The notes below the pieces were generated by a model. The model had not been told where the DNA came from, did no database searches, and saw only the letters and a list, made by a program, of their open reading frames with translations. Positions 10,411 through 20,569 of a DNA stretch of 64,000 nucleotides are shown one piece after another. Source of the DNA: Isoptericola halotolerans (GTDB lineage Bacteria > Actinomycetota > Actinomycetes > Actinomycetales > Cellulomonadaceae); the NCBI RefSeq assembly GCF_013149785.1, contig NZ_JABEZU010000004.1:186001-250000 (forward strand), read 5' to 3'. The position numbers were made by a program, and so were the translations under genes. Each line of letters begins with the position of its first letter. The stretch's first letter is position 1.

Positions 10411-11408
10411 GGGGTCACCTCCACGAAGGGGTCCTCGCGGGTCGTGCCCGCCCGCTGGATCGCCGCCTGACGACCGAGCCGCCCGCCGCCCGGGCCGCCG
10501 GTCCCGCTCGGGCGCGCCCGGCGGCGCCGGCCGCCCCCCGAACCCCCGGCCACCCCGCGCCCGTAGTGGCGCTCGAGGTGGTGCTGGCCGACCATGAGGA
10601 CGGACGTGATGAGCAGGTACCACAGCGCCGCCACGATGAGCAGCGGGATGGGCTGGAACGTGCGGGAGCCGATGGCGCTCGTGGCGTAGGTGATCTCCAG
10701 CGTGAAGGGCACCGCGACCACCAGCGAGGTGGTCTTGAGCATGGAGATCGTCTCGTTGCCGGTGGGCGGCACGATGACGCGCATGGCCTGCGGCAGCACG
10801 ATGCGGCGCAGGATCTTGCCCTCCTTCATCCCCAGGGCCCGCGCGGCCTCGGCCTGCCCGGCGTCGACCGAGCCCAGGCCCGCGCGCACGATCTCCGCGA
10901 GGTAGGCCGCCTCGTTGAGCGCCAGCCCGATCAGGGCCGCCCAGAACGCCGTGATCACGGTGCGGGTGTCGACGACGAGCAGCTCCGGGCCGAACGGCAC
11001 GCCGAGGCTGAGCCGCGGGTACAGCACGGAGATCAGCCCCCAGAACACGAGCTGGGTGTAGATCGGGGTGCCGCGGAAGAACCAGATGTACACCCAGGAC
11101 ACCCAGCGCATCACCGGGTTGTCGCTGCGCCGCATCACCGCGAGCAGGACGGCCAGCACCACGGCGATCGCCATGGACCCGAAGGTCAGCACGAGCGTCC
11201 AGCCGACGCCGCGCACCACGTTGACGTCGCGCAGGTACAGCCAGACGGTGTCCCACCGGAAGTTCGGGTTGGTCACCAGGGCGTTGACGACCATGGCCGC
11301 CAGCACGAGGACCACGGCCCCGGAGATCCAGCGGCCGGGCCGCGGGACCGGCCGGGCACGCAGCGGCTCGGGCAGGGCGGTGCCGGGCCGCGCGGTCTCG
11401 GCGGGCAC
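10407..11408 (-). CDS. Polar amino-acid ABC transporter permease
   Basis: [33 protein letters not shown]. Confidence 0.95.
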   Translation of the reverse strand: MPAETARPGTALPEPLRARPVPRPGRWISGAVVLVLAAMVVNALVTNPNFRWDTVWLYLRDVNVVRGVGWTLVLTFGSMAIAVVLAVLLAVMRRSDNPVMRWVSWVYIWFFRGTPIYTQLVFWGLISVLYPRLSLGVPFGPELLVVDTRTVITAFWAALIGLALNEAAYLAEIVRAGLGSVDAGQAEAARALGMKEGKILRRIVLPQAMRVIVPPTGNETISMLKTTSLVVAVPFTLEITYATSAIGSRTFQPIPLLIVAALWYLLITSVLMVGQHHLERHYGRGVAGGSGGGRRRRARPSGTGGPGGGRLGRQAAIQRAGTTREDPFVEVTP

Positions 11409-11409
11409 G

Positions 11410-12354
11410 TCAGACGCCGGGGTCGAGCTCGGCGGTGGCCAGCGCGCCGTCGGCGTTGCCCCACGCGTCGAGGATCTCGGTCAGCGTGCCGTCGTCCATG
11501 AGCTGCTGCAGCGCGCCCTGGACGGCCTCGGCGAGCTCGGTGTCGTCCTGCGCGACGACGACGCCGTAGGGCGCGGAGTCGGTGATGTCACCGAGCGTCT
11601 CGATGGCTCCGTCGGCCTGCGTCACGGCGTACGCGGTGACGGGCGAGTCGGCGTACATCGCCTGCACCTTGCCGCCGGCGAGGTTGGTGGTGACGTCGGC
11701 CTGCGAGTCGTACGGGAGGACCTCGACAGGCTCGCCACCGGCGGCCTCGCAGTCGGCGGAGGCGGTCTCCAGCGCGGCCTGCTGCACGGTGCCGGTCTGC
11801 ACGCCGACGACGACGCCGCACAGGTCGTCCGTGTCGATCCCGTCCGGGTTGCCGGAGGCCACGGCGAACAGCGACCCGGCGTCGAAGTAGCTGACCATGT
11901 GGACCACCTGCAGGCGCTCCGCGTCGATGGTGAAGCCGGAGATGCCCACCTCGTACTTGGTGCCCACGGCCGGGATGATCGCGTCGAACGTGGAGGGCTC
12001 CACCTGCGACTCGAGGCCCAGGGTGGCGGCGATCGCGGCGGCGATGTCGACGTCGAACCCGACCGGGGTCACGCCGTCGGCGGCGACGAACTCGGCCGGG
12101 GCGTAGGAGAGCTCGGCGCCGACGGTGAGCACGCCGTCCGCGGCGACGTCGTCGGGCACGAGCGCGGCGAGCTCGGGGTCCGCCTCGATCCCGGAGACGT
12201 CGAAGCCCTGGGCCTCAGGGCTGCTCGACGCGTCGGCGGTGCCGCCCGCGGTGCTGCCGGAGGTGGACCCGAGGTCCTGCGAGGCGGTGGTGCAGCCGGC
12301 GAGCAGCGTGACGGCGGCGAGCGCGGACAGGGGCAGGGCGAGGCGAGCACGCAT
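11410..12354 (-). CDS. Polar amino-acid ABC transporter substrate-binding lipoprotein
   Basis: LLAGC lipobox; YAPAEF..GFDVDI, FDAIIP, QTGTVQ. Confidence 0.92.
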   Translation of the reverse strand: MRARLALPLSALAAVTLLAGCTTASQDLGSTSGSTAGGTADASSSPEAQGFDVSGIEADPELAALVPDDVAADGVLTVGAELSYAPAEFVAADGVTPVGFDVDIAAAIAATLGLESQVEPSTFDAIIPAVGTKYEVGISGFTIDAERLQVVHMVSYFDAGSLFAVASGNPDGIDTDDLCGVVVGVQTGTVQQAALETASADCEAAGGEPVEVLPYDSQADVTTNLAGGKVQAMYADSPVTAYAVTQADGAIETLGDITDSAPYGVVVAQDDTELAEAVQGALQQLMDDGTLTEILDAWGNADGALATAELDPGV

Positions 12355-12418
12355 GACGGTCTCCGGGGGTCGCGGGAGGGGGACGACGCCGGTGCCCGGT
12401 CCGGGCGATCGACGTCTA

Positions 12419-12442
12419 TGCAGGAGTATGCATACCTATTCC
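12419..12442. promoter_or_regulatory. Putative ArgR (ARG-box-like) site
   Basis: TGCAGGAGTATGCA overlapping TGCATACCTATTCC; each matches TGMAT-N4-ATKCA at 9/10. Confidence 0.45.
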
Positions 12443-12506
12443 TCGCAGGACCAAACCAGTGCGGCATGACGTCGGTCACGCCGCACCGGCCCCCGACGGT
12501 CCGCGC

Positions 12507-12674
12507 CTACGTGTCGTGCTCGATGATCCCGGCGTCCTGGCGGTGGTCGTCCTGGCCTCCGGACGGCAGGTCGGTGCGTTCGGGGCGTGCCCGCAGCACG
12601 ACGATGCTGACGATCAGGCCTCCCCAGATGATCAGCATGGCGACGATCATCATCAGGATCGCTTCGGTGCTCAT
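12507..12674 (-). CDS. MetS-like small subunit of methionine/alanine NSS transporter
   Basis: MSTEAILMMIVAMLIIWGGLIVSIVVL, ATGA-coupled to the NSS transporter. Confidence 0.85.
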   Translation of the reverse strand: MSTEAILMMIVAMLIIWGGLIVSIVVLRARPERTDLPSGGQDDHRQDAGIIEHDT

Positions 12675-14248
12675 CGGACGGACCCCTTCTGCTCGGTGCC
12701 GGCATCGACCGGCGGGTACGACGGCCAGGGCGCGAAGTCCTCGCGACCCCGCCACCGCGGCAGGGTGAACAGGACGGCGCCGAGCACCAGCAGGGCCACC
12801 GAGCCCCACCCGGCGAACAGCAGGTACGTGGTGTCGTAGCCCTCGTACGGCTCGCCGATCCTCGTGATGATGTACTGCACGAGCATCACGATGAGCATCA
12901 CCGGGACGATCGCGCCGACGCAGGCGTACCACCACCGGCCCACCTGGACCGTCGAGACGGCGTTGAGGTGGTACCGCAACTCGGGTCCACGGCGGTAGAC
13001 CCAGATGACGAACACGCACATGAAGATCGCCGAGGCGACGATGCCGATGTTGTTGACGAACGCGTCCACCGTGTCGAGCAGGATCAGGCCCGTCGTGGTG
13101 CTGAACCCGAGCACGGAGATCGTGCCGAGCACGAGACCCAGCCCGATCGTGGCCGCCCGGCGGGACAGCGCGAACTTCTCCTGCAGGGCGGCGGAGACCA
13201 CCTGCAGGATCGAGACCAGCGACGTGAAGCCCGCCATCACCAGCGACCCGAAGAACAGCGCCCCGAAGAACGCGCCGCCCGGCATCTCGGTGACGATCGT
13301 CGGGAACGTGACGAAGGCGAGGAGCACCCCCTGGAAGTTGAGGTCGGCGACCGTCACACCCTGCTGCGAGGCGAGGAATCCCAGGGCGGAGAACACACCG
13401 ATGCCGGCGAGCAGCTCGAACCCGGAGTTGGAGAACGCCACGACCAGGCCCGGGCCCGTCATGTTCGAGCGCCGACGGCGGTACGAGGCGTACGTGATCA
13501 TGATGCCGAACGCCACGGAGAGCGAGAAGAAGATCTGCCCGTAGGCCGCGATCCACACCGACGGGTCGCCCAGCGCGCCCCAGTCGGGAGTGAACAGCAC
13601 GTTCAGCCCGTCGACCGCCCCCTCGAGGAACAGCGAGCGCACCACCAGGACACCGAAGGCGACGATGAGCAGCGGGATGAAGATGACGTTGGCGCGCTGC
13701 ACGCCCTTGACCACGCCGGCCGCCAGGACGGCGATCACGGCGACCCACACCAGCACGAGCGGGATGAGGACGGCGGCCACGAAGTCGAACGTCAGCCACG
13801 GGTCAGCGCCGCCGACGTCGGCGAGCTGCAGGTGCTCACCGACGAAGAACGCCGCGGCGTCGTCGCCCCAGTCCAGCCCGAACGAGTACACGAAGAAGCT
13901 CGCGGCCCAGGCGACCACGGCGGCGTAGTAGACGGCGATGAGCACGCAGATCATCACCTGGAACCAGCCGACGCTCTCCAGCCACCGCTTCACCCGGCGG
14001 AACGCCTGCGGGGCGCCGCCACGGAACCGGTGACCCAGCGCGTAGTCCAGGTAGAGGATCGGGATGCCCGCCGTCAGCAGCGCGACGAGATAGGGGACCA
14101 TGAAGGCGCCCCCGCCGTTCTCGTACGCCACACCGGGGAACCGCCAGATGTTGCCCAGGCCCACGGCCGAGCCGATCGCGGACAGGATGAAGCCGACCTG
14201 TCCGGTGAACGCCTCGCGTGGCGCCGCCGTGCTGTTCGTTGTGCTCAC
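12671..14248 (-). CDS. Sodium-dependent NSS/SNF transporter (MetP-like)
   Basis: AIGSAVGLGNIWRFP, GGGAF, GQIFFSLS; about 12 TM segments. Confidence 0.93.
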   Translation of the reverse strand: MSTTNSTAAPREAFTGQVGFILSAIGSAVGLGNIWRFPGVAYENGGGAFMVPYLVALLTAGIPILYLDYALGHRFRGGAPQAFRRVKRWLESVGWFQVMICVLIAVYYAAVVAWAASFFVYSFGLDWGDDAAAFFVGEHLQLADVGGADPWLTFDFVAAVLIPLVLVWVAVIAVLAAGVVKGVQRANVIFIPLLIVAFGVLVVRSLFLEGAVDGLNVLFTPDWGALGDPSVWIAAYGQIFFSLSVAFGIMITYASYRRRRSNMTGPGLVVAFSNSGFELLAGIGVFSALGFLASQQGVTVADLNFQGVLLAFVTFPTIVTEMPGGAFFGALFFGSLVMAGFTSLVSILQVVSAALQEKFALSRRAATIGLGLVLGTISVLGFSTTTGLILLDTVDAFVNNIGIVASAIFMCVFVIWVYRRGPELRYHLNAVSTVQVGRWWYACVGAIVPVMLIVMLVQYIITRIGEPYEGYDTTYLLFAGWGSVALLVLGAVLFTLPRWRGREDFAPWPSYPPVDAGTEQKGSVR

Positions 14249-14347
14249 GAGTCCCACACCCTCCGCGTTGATCGCCGTCGAGTCAAACCGCGTCACCTGC
14301 GATCATGCGCGATGCGGCACGCACAGGCAACGGCTCGGCACGGTGGT

Positions 14348-15598
<1,251 letters not shown>

Positions 15599-15602
15599 GC
15601 GC

Positions 15603-16763
15603 CTAGCCTGCCACGGCTCGCACCCGGTAGGCGGCGAGGTCGGTCGCTGCGTCGCGGACCGCGTCGTGCTCTGCCGGCGCCGGCTCACGCTGCCACTGGA
15701 GCTCGAGCTCGCCGTCGTGCGGGGCCCGGGCGGGCCAGCGCCACCGGGCGGCGAGGAGCCCGTCGACCGCGACGCTGTGGATGAAGGCCCCGATACGTCC
15801 GGGTGCGGGCGCCCGGGCGTCGGCCACCACGTCTCGCGTCTCCCGGTAGGAGCACAGCAGCTCGTCGTACCCGCACAGCAGGTCCACCACGGGGCCCGAC
15901 GACGGTGCTGCAGCCCGCGGCCCGGGGGCGACCGGCCGGCGCGCGGCGTCGTCGTGCCCCGAGGGCGTGCTGAGCAGCGTGAGACCGTCCAGGTCGCCGG
16001 TGCCGGGGACCTCGACCACCTCGCCGGCGTCGAGCAGGTCGGCGAGCCCGCCGCGGAGCACCGTGAGCGTCAGGCCGCACCACTGGGCGAGGTCCTTGGC
16101 GGTGGCGTACCCGCGCCCGGGCAGGAATCGGCGCCAGAGCTCCCGGACGGCGTCGTCCGGGTCGAAGGTGCTGCCGAGCGGGCCGTAGCCCGCCGGGACG
16201 CGCTCGTCGAAGGCCGCGTACGTGTGGCGCCCGTCCGCCGTCGGGCCGCTGACGACCACCTGCCGCAGCTCGGCGTGCATGAGGATATGGGTGAGGGTGA
16301 TGCCGGGGGCGTCCGCCGCGACGACCCCGCGGGCCACCAGCAGGGCGCCGAGCTGGGCGCGGGTGCGCGCACCGGCAGCGACCTCCTCGGCGACGGCGTC
16401 GATCGCGGCCGTCGGGTCGCCGAGGCCCCACTGCTTCTCCGTGGAGGCCATCGTGCGCGCGACGCGGGGCCCGGTGAGCTCGAGGAGCCAGCGGGCGTCG
16501 TCGGGCCGCACCAGGTGCCACGTGGGCCGCAGGACGTGCGTGCGCAGGAGCTCGCCGTCGTCGAGGGCGTCGAACCCCGTCTGCTCTCCGTGCCGCGACG
16601 CGGGGGCGATGCGTCGCGAGAGGCCCCACAGCGTCGGGCGCAGCTCCTGCCCCTGGACGGCGAGCAGGTGCCCGACGGCGGTGGGCAGGTCGGGCAGGGC
16701 GGGCTCCCGCAGGTGCTGGGCGTGCAGGCGCGCGGTGCGGACCGTGGCGGCGTCGACGCTCAT
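15603..16763 (-). CDS. AlkZ-like HTH_42 winged-helix DNA glycosylase
   Basis: AVQGQ (QxQ), RTHVLRPTWHLV, GYATAKDLAQWCGL, LLCGYDELLCSY. Confidence 0.8.
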   Translation of the reverse strand: MSVDAATVRTARLHAQHLREPALPDLPTAVGHLLAVQGQELRPTLWGLSRRIAPASRHGEQTGFDALDDGELLRTHVLRPTWHLVRPDDARWLLELTGPRVARTMASTEKQWGLGDPTAAIDAVAEEVAAGARTRAQLGALLVARGVVAADAPGITLTHILMHAELRQVVVSGPTADGRHTYAAFDERVPAGYGPLGSTFDPDDAVRELWRRFLPGRGYATAKDLAQWCGLTLTVLRGGLADLLDAGEVVEVPGTGDLDGLTLLSTPSGHDDAARRPVAPGPRAAAPSSGPVVDLLCGYDELLCSYRETRDVVADARAPAPGRIGAFIHSVAVDGLLAARWRWPARAPHDGELELQWQREPAPAEHDAVRDAATDLAAYRVRAVAG

Positions 16764-16781
16764 GCCGCCACCCTTCCACGG

Positions 16782-16849
16782 TGTGGGCGTGATTTCTGGG
16801 CGAATTTTCCGGGCAAACCAGACTTCACGGGCCAGAAATCACGCCCACA
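16782..16849. repeat. 18-bp perfect inverted repeat with 32-nt AT-richer spacer (terminator or REP-like)
   Basis: TGTGGGCGTGATTTCTGG (16782-16799) / CCAGAAATCACGCCCACA (16832-16849). Confidence 0.8.
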
Positions 16850-16860
16850 ACGCTCGGGGG

Positions 16861-18390
16861 TCAGGCGAGGGTGAGGCTGACCGTCGCGTAGGAGTGCGCC
16901 GGGAGGGTGACCTCGAGGCCGCGCTCGTGCGGGCGGATCGCCTCGAGAGCCACCGGCGCGACGGCGTCGGGCGCGTCCGGGGTGTTGTGCGTCGCCAGCT
17001 CCGGGGCGCTGAGCACCCGGCCGCTGTGCGCCGTGACCTCGCGCCCGCGCAGGTCGAGCACGACCGTCCGCTCCGCCGTCGCGTCCAGGTTGGTCAGCGA
17101 GACGAGCGCGGTGCCGCCGCGCGTGGAGGCCGACGCCGAGACCAGCGGCAGCTCGGCCTTCTCCCCGGCCCGGGTGGGCACGCCCTGCAGGTGGACGTCC
17201 AGGGAGTCGGCGTCGTGGTGGCCGGTGTTCATCTCGAACACGTGGTAGCTCGGGGTCCGCACCAGCGCCCCGGTCTCCGGGTCGGTGAGCAGCATCGCCT
17301 GCAGCACGTTGACGGTCTGGGCGATGTTGGCCATGACGACGCGATCGGCGTGCTGGTGGAAGGCGTCGAAGTGGACGCTCGCCACGAGGGCGTCGCGCAG
17401 GGTGTTCTGCTGGTACAGGAAGCCCGGGTTGGTGCCCGGCTCCACGTTCCACCAGGTGCCCCACTCGTCCACGACCAGGCCCACCCGCTTGGCCGGGTCG
17501 TAGCGGTCCATGACCTGGCCGTGCCGGGTGAGCAGGTGGTCCATGAACCGGGCCCGCTCCAGGGCGAGGTACCACTCGTCCTCGGTGAACTGCGTCGCGG
17601 CGCCCTTGTCCGCCCAGGGGCCCGTCATCGTGTAGTAGTGCAGCGAGATCGCCTGGAAGGGCCCGGCAGGGCGCTCCGACTCCTCCGGCTTGTCGAGCGC
17701 GTCGAACGACTGCATGAGGACCTCGGTCCAGTGCAGGTCGCCGTCCGAGGCGCCGGCGGCGATCCGGTAGACGTCGTTGCCCGCGTGGTTGCGCACGTAC
17801 GTCGAGTACTGGCGCGCCAGCGAGGCGAACTGCTCCACGCGCAGGTTGCCGCCGCATCCCCAGGCCTCGTTGCCGATCCCGAAGTAGGGCACCTTCCACG
17901 GCTCGTCACGGCCGTTGGCCCGGCGCAGCGCCGCCATCGGCGAGTCGTCGGCGCGGGTGAGGTACTCGATCCACTCGCTCATCTCGGCCACGGAGCCGGA
18001 GCCCACGTTCCCGGCGATGTAGGCCTCGGTGCCGAGCAGCTCGCACAGGTCCATGAACTCGTGGGTGCCGAACGAGTTGTCCTCGACGACGTCACCCCAG
18101 TGCGAGTTGACCATCCGGGGGCGCTCGTCGCGCGGGCCGATCCCGTCACGCCAGTGGTAGTCGTCGGCGAAGCAGCCGCCGGGCCAGCGCAGGTTCGGGA
18201 TGTTCAGCGCGCGCAGGGCCTCGACGACGTCGAGCCGGATGCCGCGCTCGTTCGGGACGTCGGAGTCCTCGCCGACGTAGAAGCCGCCGTAGATGCACCG
18301 GCCCAGGTGCTCGGCGAAGTGCCCGTAGACGTGCCGCGAGATCCGCGCGCCGGGGAGGTCGAGGTCGATGACAGCCGTTGTCTTCTCCAT
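16861..18390 (-). CDS. GH51 alpha-L-arabinofuranosidase
   Basis: [54 protein letters not shown]. Confidence 0.93.
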   Translation of the reverse strand: MEKTTAVIDLDLPGARISRHVYGHFAEHLGRCIYGGFYVGEDSDVPNERGIRLDVVEALRALNIPNLRWPGGCFADDYHWRDGIGPRDERPRMVNSHWGDVVEDNSFGTHEFMDLCELLGTEAYIAGNVGSGSVAEMSEWIEYLTRADDSPMAALRRANGRDEPWKVPYFGIGNEAWGCGGNLRVEQFASLARQYSTYVRNHAGNDVYRIAAGASDGDLHWTEVLMQSFDALDKPEESERPAGPFQAISLHYYTMTGPWADKGAATQFTEDEWYLALERARFMDHLLTRHGQVMDRYDPAKRVGLVVDEWGTWWNVEPGTNPGFLYQQNTLRDALVASVHFDAFHQHADRVVMANIAQTVNVLQAMLLTDPETGALVRTPSYHVFEMNTGHHDADSLDVHLQGVPTRAGEKAELPLVSASASTRGGTALVSLTNLDATAERTVVLDLRGREVTAHSGRVLSAPELATHNTPDAPDAVAPVALEAIRPHERGLEVTLPAHSYATVSLTLA

Positions 18391-18399
18391 GGACGTGAC

Positions 18400-18411
18400 T
18401 TTAACGATAAA
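18400..18411. promoter_or_regulatory. Putative LacI operator TTTAACGATAAA
   Basis: AT-rich near-palindrome with central CG between divergent GH51 and LacI genes. Confidence 0.55.
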
Positions 18412-18439
18412 ATCTCGCCACGGAAAGGGGATCGATACC

Positions 18440-19480
18440 GTGACGTCCGTGAAGCCGACCATGAGCGACGTGGCGCGCGCCGCCGGCGTCTCCGCGATGA
18501 CGGTCTCCAACGCCCTCACCGGACGACGACCGGTCAGCCCGGCGACCCGGGCCCGCGTCGAGCGCGCCGCCGCCGACCTCGGCTACGAGCTCAACCTCAC
18601 CGCCCGCCACCTGCGCGCCGGCCGCACCGACACCGTCGCTCTCGTGGTGCCGCACTTCGACCACCCGTACTACGGCGAGCTCGCGGCCCGCATGGGGCGT
18701 CACCTCGCCGACCAGGGCCGTCACCTCGTCGTCGAGCAGAGCGGCGCGCGGCGCGAGGCCGAGCTCGCCGCGGTCGCCCCGGCCCGGTGGCAGCTCTACG
18801 ACGGAGTGCTGCTGTCCGCCGTCGGCACGACGCCGGACGACCTCGCCGGCCTGCACACCTCCGTCCCGCTCGTGCTGCTCGGGGAGCAGCAGATGCCGGC
18901 CCGCTACGACCACGTCCGCATGGACAACGTGGCCGGGGCCCGGCTCGCCACCCGGCACCTGCTCGCCACCGGGTCGCGACGGGTGGCGATCGTCGGCGGT
19001 GCCGACCCGGACCGGGACGCCGGCATGCGCACCGCACGCACGCTGGGGTGGACCATGGCGCACACCGACACCGGGACCGCCCCGGCGCCCGAGCTGCTCG
19101 TCCGCACGGGCCCCGACCTCTCCGCGGGCCGCGACGCCGTCCGCCGCCTGCTCAGCGACGGCACCGACTTCGACGCCGTGTTCGCCGTCACCGACACCCT
19201 GGCCGTCGGCGTCCTCGCCGCCCTCGCCGAGGCCGGCCGGCGCGTGCCCGACGACGTGCAGGTCGTCGGGTTCGACAACCTCGCCTCGTCCGGGTTCACG
19301 GTGCCGGCGCTGACCACCGTGGACCCCGGACACGAGCAGATGGCCGTCGAGACGCTCCGGCTCCTCGACCAGGTCGTGGCCCGCGCAGCGTCCGGCGAGG
19401 CCGACGGCAGGTCGTCCGGCCCGGAGCACGTCACGGCGCCGGTGCGGCTCGTCGTGCGCGCCACCACCCGCTCGGCGTGA
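18440..19480 (+). CDS. LacI-family transcriptional regulator
   Basis: [38 protein letters not shown]. Confidence 0.95.
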   Translation: MTSVKPTMSDVARAAGVSAMTVSNALTGRRPVSPATRARVERAAADLGYELNLTARHLRAGRTDTVALVVPHFDHPYYGELAARMGRHLADQGRHLVVEQSGARREAELAAVAPARWQLYDGVLLSAVGTTPDDLAGLHTSVPLVLLGEQQMPARYDHVRMDNVAGARLATRHLLATGSRRVAIVGGADPDRDAGMRTARTLGWTMAHTDTGTAPAPELLVRTGPDLSAGRDAVRRLLSDGTDFDAVFAVTDTLAVGVLAALAEAGRRVPDDVQVVGFDNLASSGFTVPALTTVDPGHEQMAVETLRLLDQVVARAASGEADGRSSGPEHVTAPVRLVVRATTRSA

Positions 19481-19517
19481 GCACCCCGGCATCGCGGACG
19501 GGTCGGACGAGGGCAGG

Positions 19518-19889
19518 TCAGGCGCCCGCGGGCTGCTCCTCGCGCACGACGGGGATGCGCCCCGCCATACCCACCATGTCCAGGACCTCGGTGACCGCCT
19601 CGGACGGCTCGAAGAGCTGCACCGGAGAACCGGTCTCCTGACCGAGCATGTAGATCTGCAGGATGAACGCCACACCCGAGGAGTCGAGGAACGTCACGTC
19701 GCGGACGTCCAGGACGATCGGGGCGGCGGTGCGACGCGCCACCACGGTGGACATCGCGTCGCTCGCCGCCTCGCGCAGCGCGGCGTCCACCTCACCCCAG
19801 AGGGTGACGTACGTGCCGTCCTCCTGCTGCTGGCAAGAGATTCCGGAGCCCGGATCGGGCTCGAGTTCTGTGGTGCGGTCCGTGTCCAT
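19518..19889 (-). CDS. STAS-domain anti-sigma antagonist
   Basis: LWGEVD, LDVRDVTFLDSSG. Confidence 0.88.
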   Translation of the reverse strand: MDTDRTTELEPDPGSGISCQQQEDGTYVTLWGEVDAALREAASDAMSTVVARRTAAPIVLDVRDVTFLDSSGVAFILQIYMLGQETGSPVQLFEPSEAVTEVLDMVGMAGRIPVVREEQPAGA

Positions 19890-20020
19890 GGGGTTGTCAG
19901 GCTCCCGTAGTGCCGTCGGCGGCCGATCGTGGCTCCCCTCCCCCGACGAAGGCCACGGGGTCGAGTGTTCACCCGCTGCGTCGATTCGTCCAGTGGAACC
20001 GACCGATCGTTGCCTGAGGT

Positions 20021-20551
20021 TCACCCGCCGGACTGCGGAACCGGCTCGGTGACGTCCGCGACCTGAGCACCCAGGACCCGCACGAGCTCGTCGGCGTCCA
20101 GGGTGGCGGAGACCCCGGGGCCGCCGGCCCCGATCGACACCGGCCCCGCGCCGACGACGGACCCGTCCGCCACCACCGGCCACGCCGTGGTCGCGCCGAA
20201 CGGGGTGATCGTGCCCCGCACGTACCCCGTGACGTCCCGCGCGACCTCGGCGTCCGGCATCGACAGCCGGTTCACGCCGAGGAACGACCGGAGCCGCGCC
20301 CACGCGATGGCCCGTCCGCCCGGCACGAGCACGAACAAGAAGTCGTCCTCGCCACGACGGACCACCAGGGTCTTGAGCACCTGGTGCGGGGCGACCCCTC
20401 GCGCGACGGCCGCCTCCTCCAGGGACGCCACCGGGCCGTGGCGCGTGATCGCGAAGGCGACGCCCGACGCCTCGAGAGCGTCTCGGGCACGCTGCTCGGC
20501 CTCGGACCCGGCTCCCGGCCCACGGCGCCCGCCGGGGAGGTCACTCGTCAC
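20021..20551 (-). CDS. YbaK/EbsC aminoacyl-tRNA deacylase
   Basis: VLKTLVV, TGYVRGTITPFG, SIGAG. Confidence 0.88.
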   Translation of the reverse strand: MTSDLPGGRRGPGAGSEAEQRARDALEASGVAFAITRHGPVASLEEAAVARGVAPHQVLKTLVVRRGEDDFLFVLVPGGRAIAWARLRSFLGVNRLSMPDAEVARDVTGYVRGTITPFGATTAWPVVADGSVVGAGPVSIGAGGPGVSATLDADELVRVLGAQVADVTEPVPQSGG

Positions 20552-20569
20552 AGGGCCTCGGCGCCTTCC

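Noticed and set aside
14249..14347. SAM riboswitch or T-box upstream of the MetP-like transporter
   Set aside because: Region is under 100 nt and I recognised no conserved aptamer motifs
16222..19641. Very long ORFs such as 16222-19641 +, 12968-15784 +, 26144-28822 +, 32336-35083 + and 54128-57124 +
   Set aside because: Antisense or off-frame shadows of recognisable genes; stop codons are rare at this GC content and the translations lack motifs
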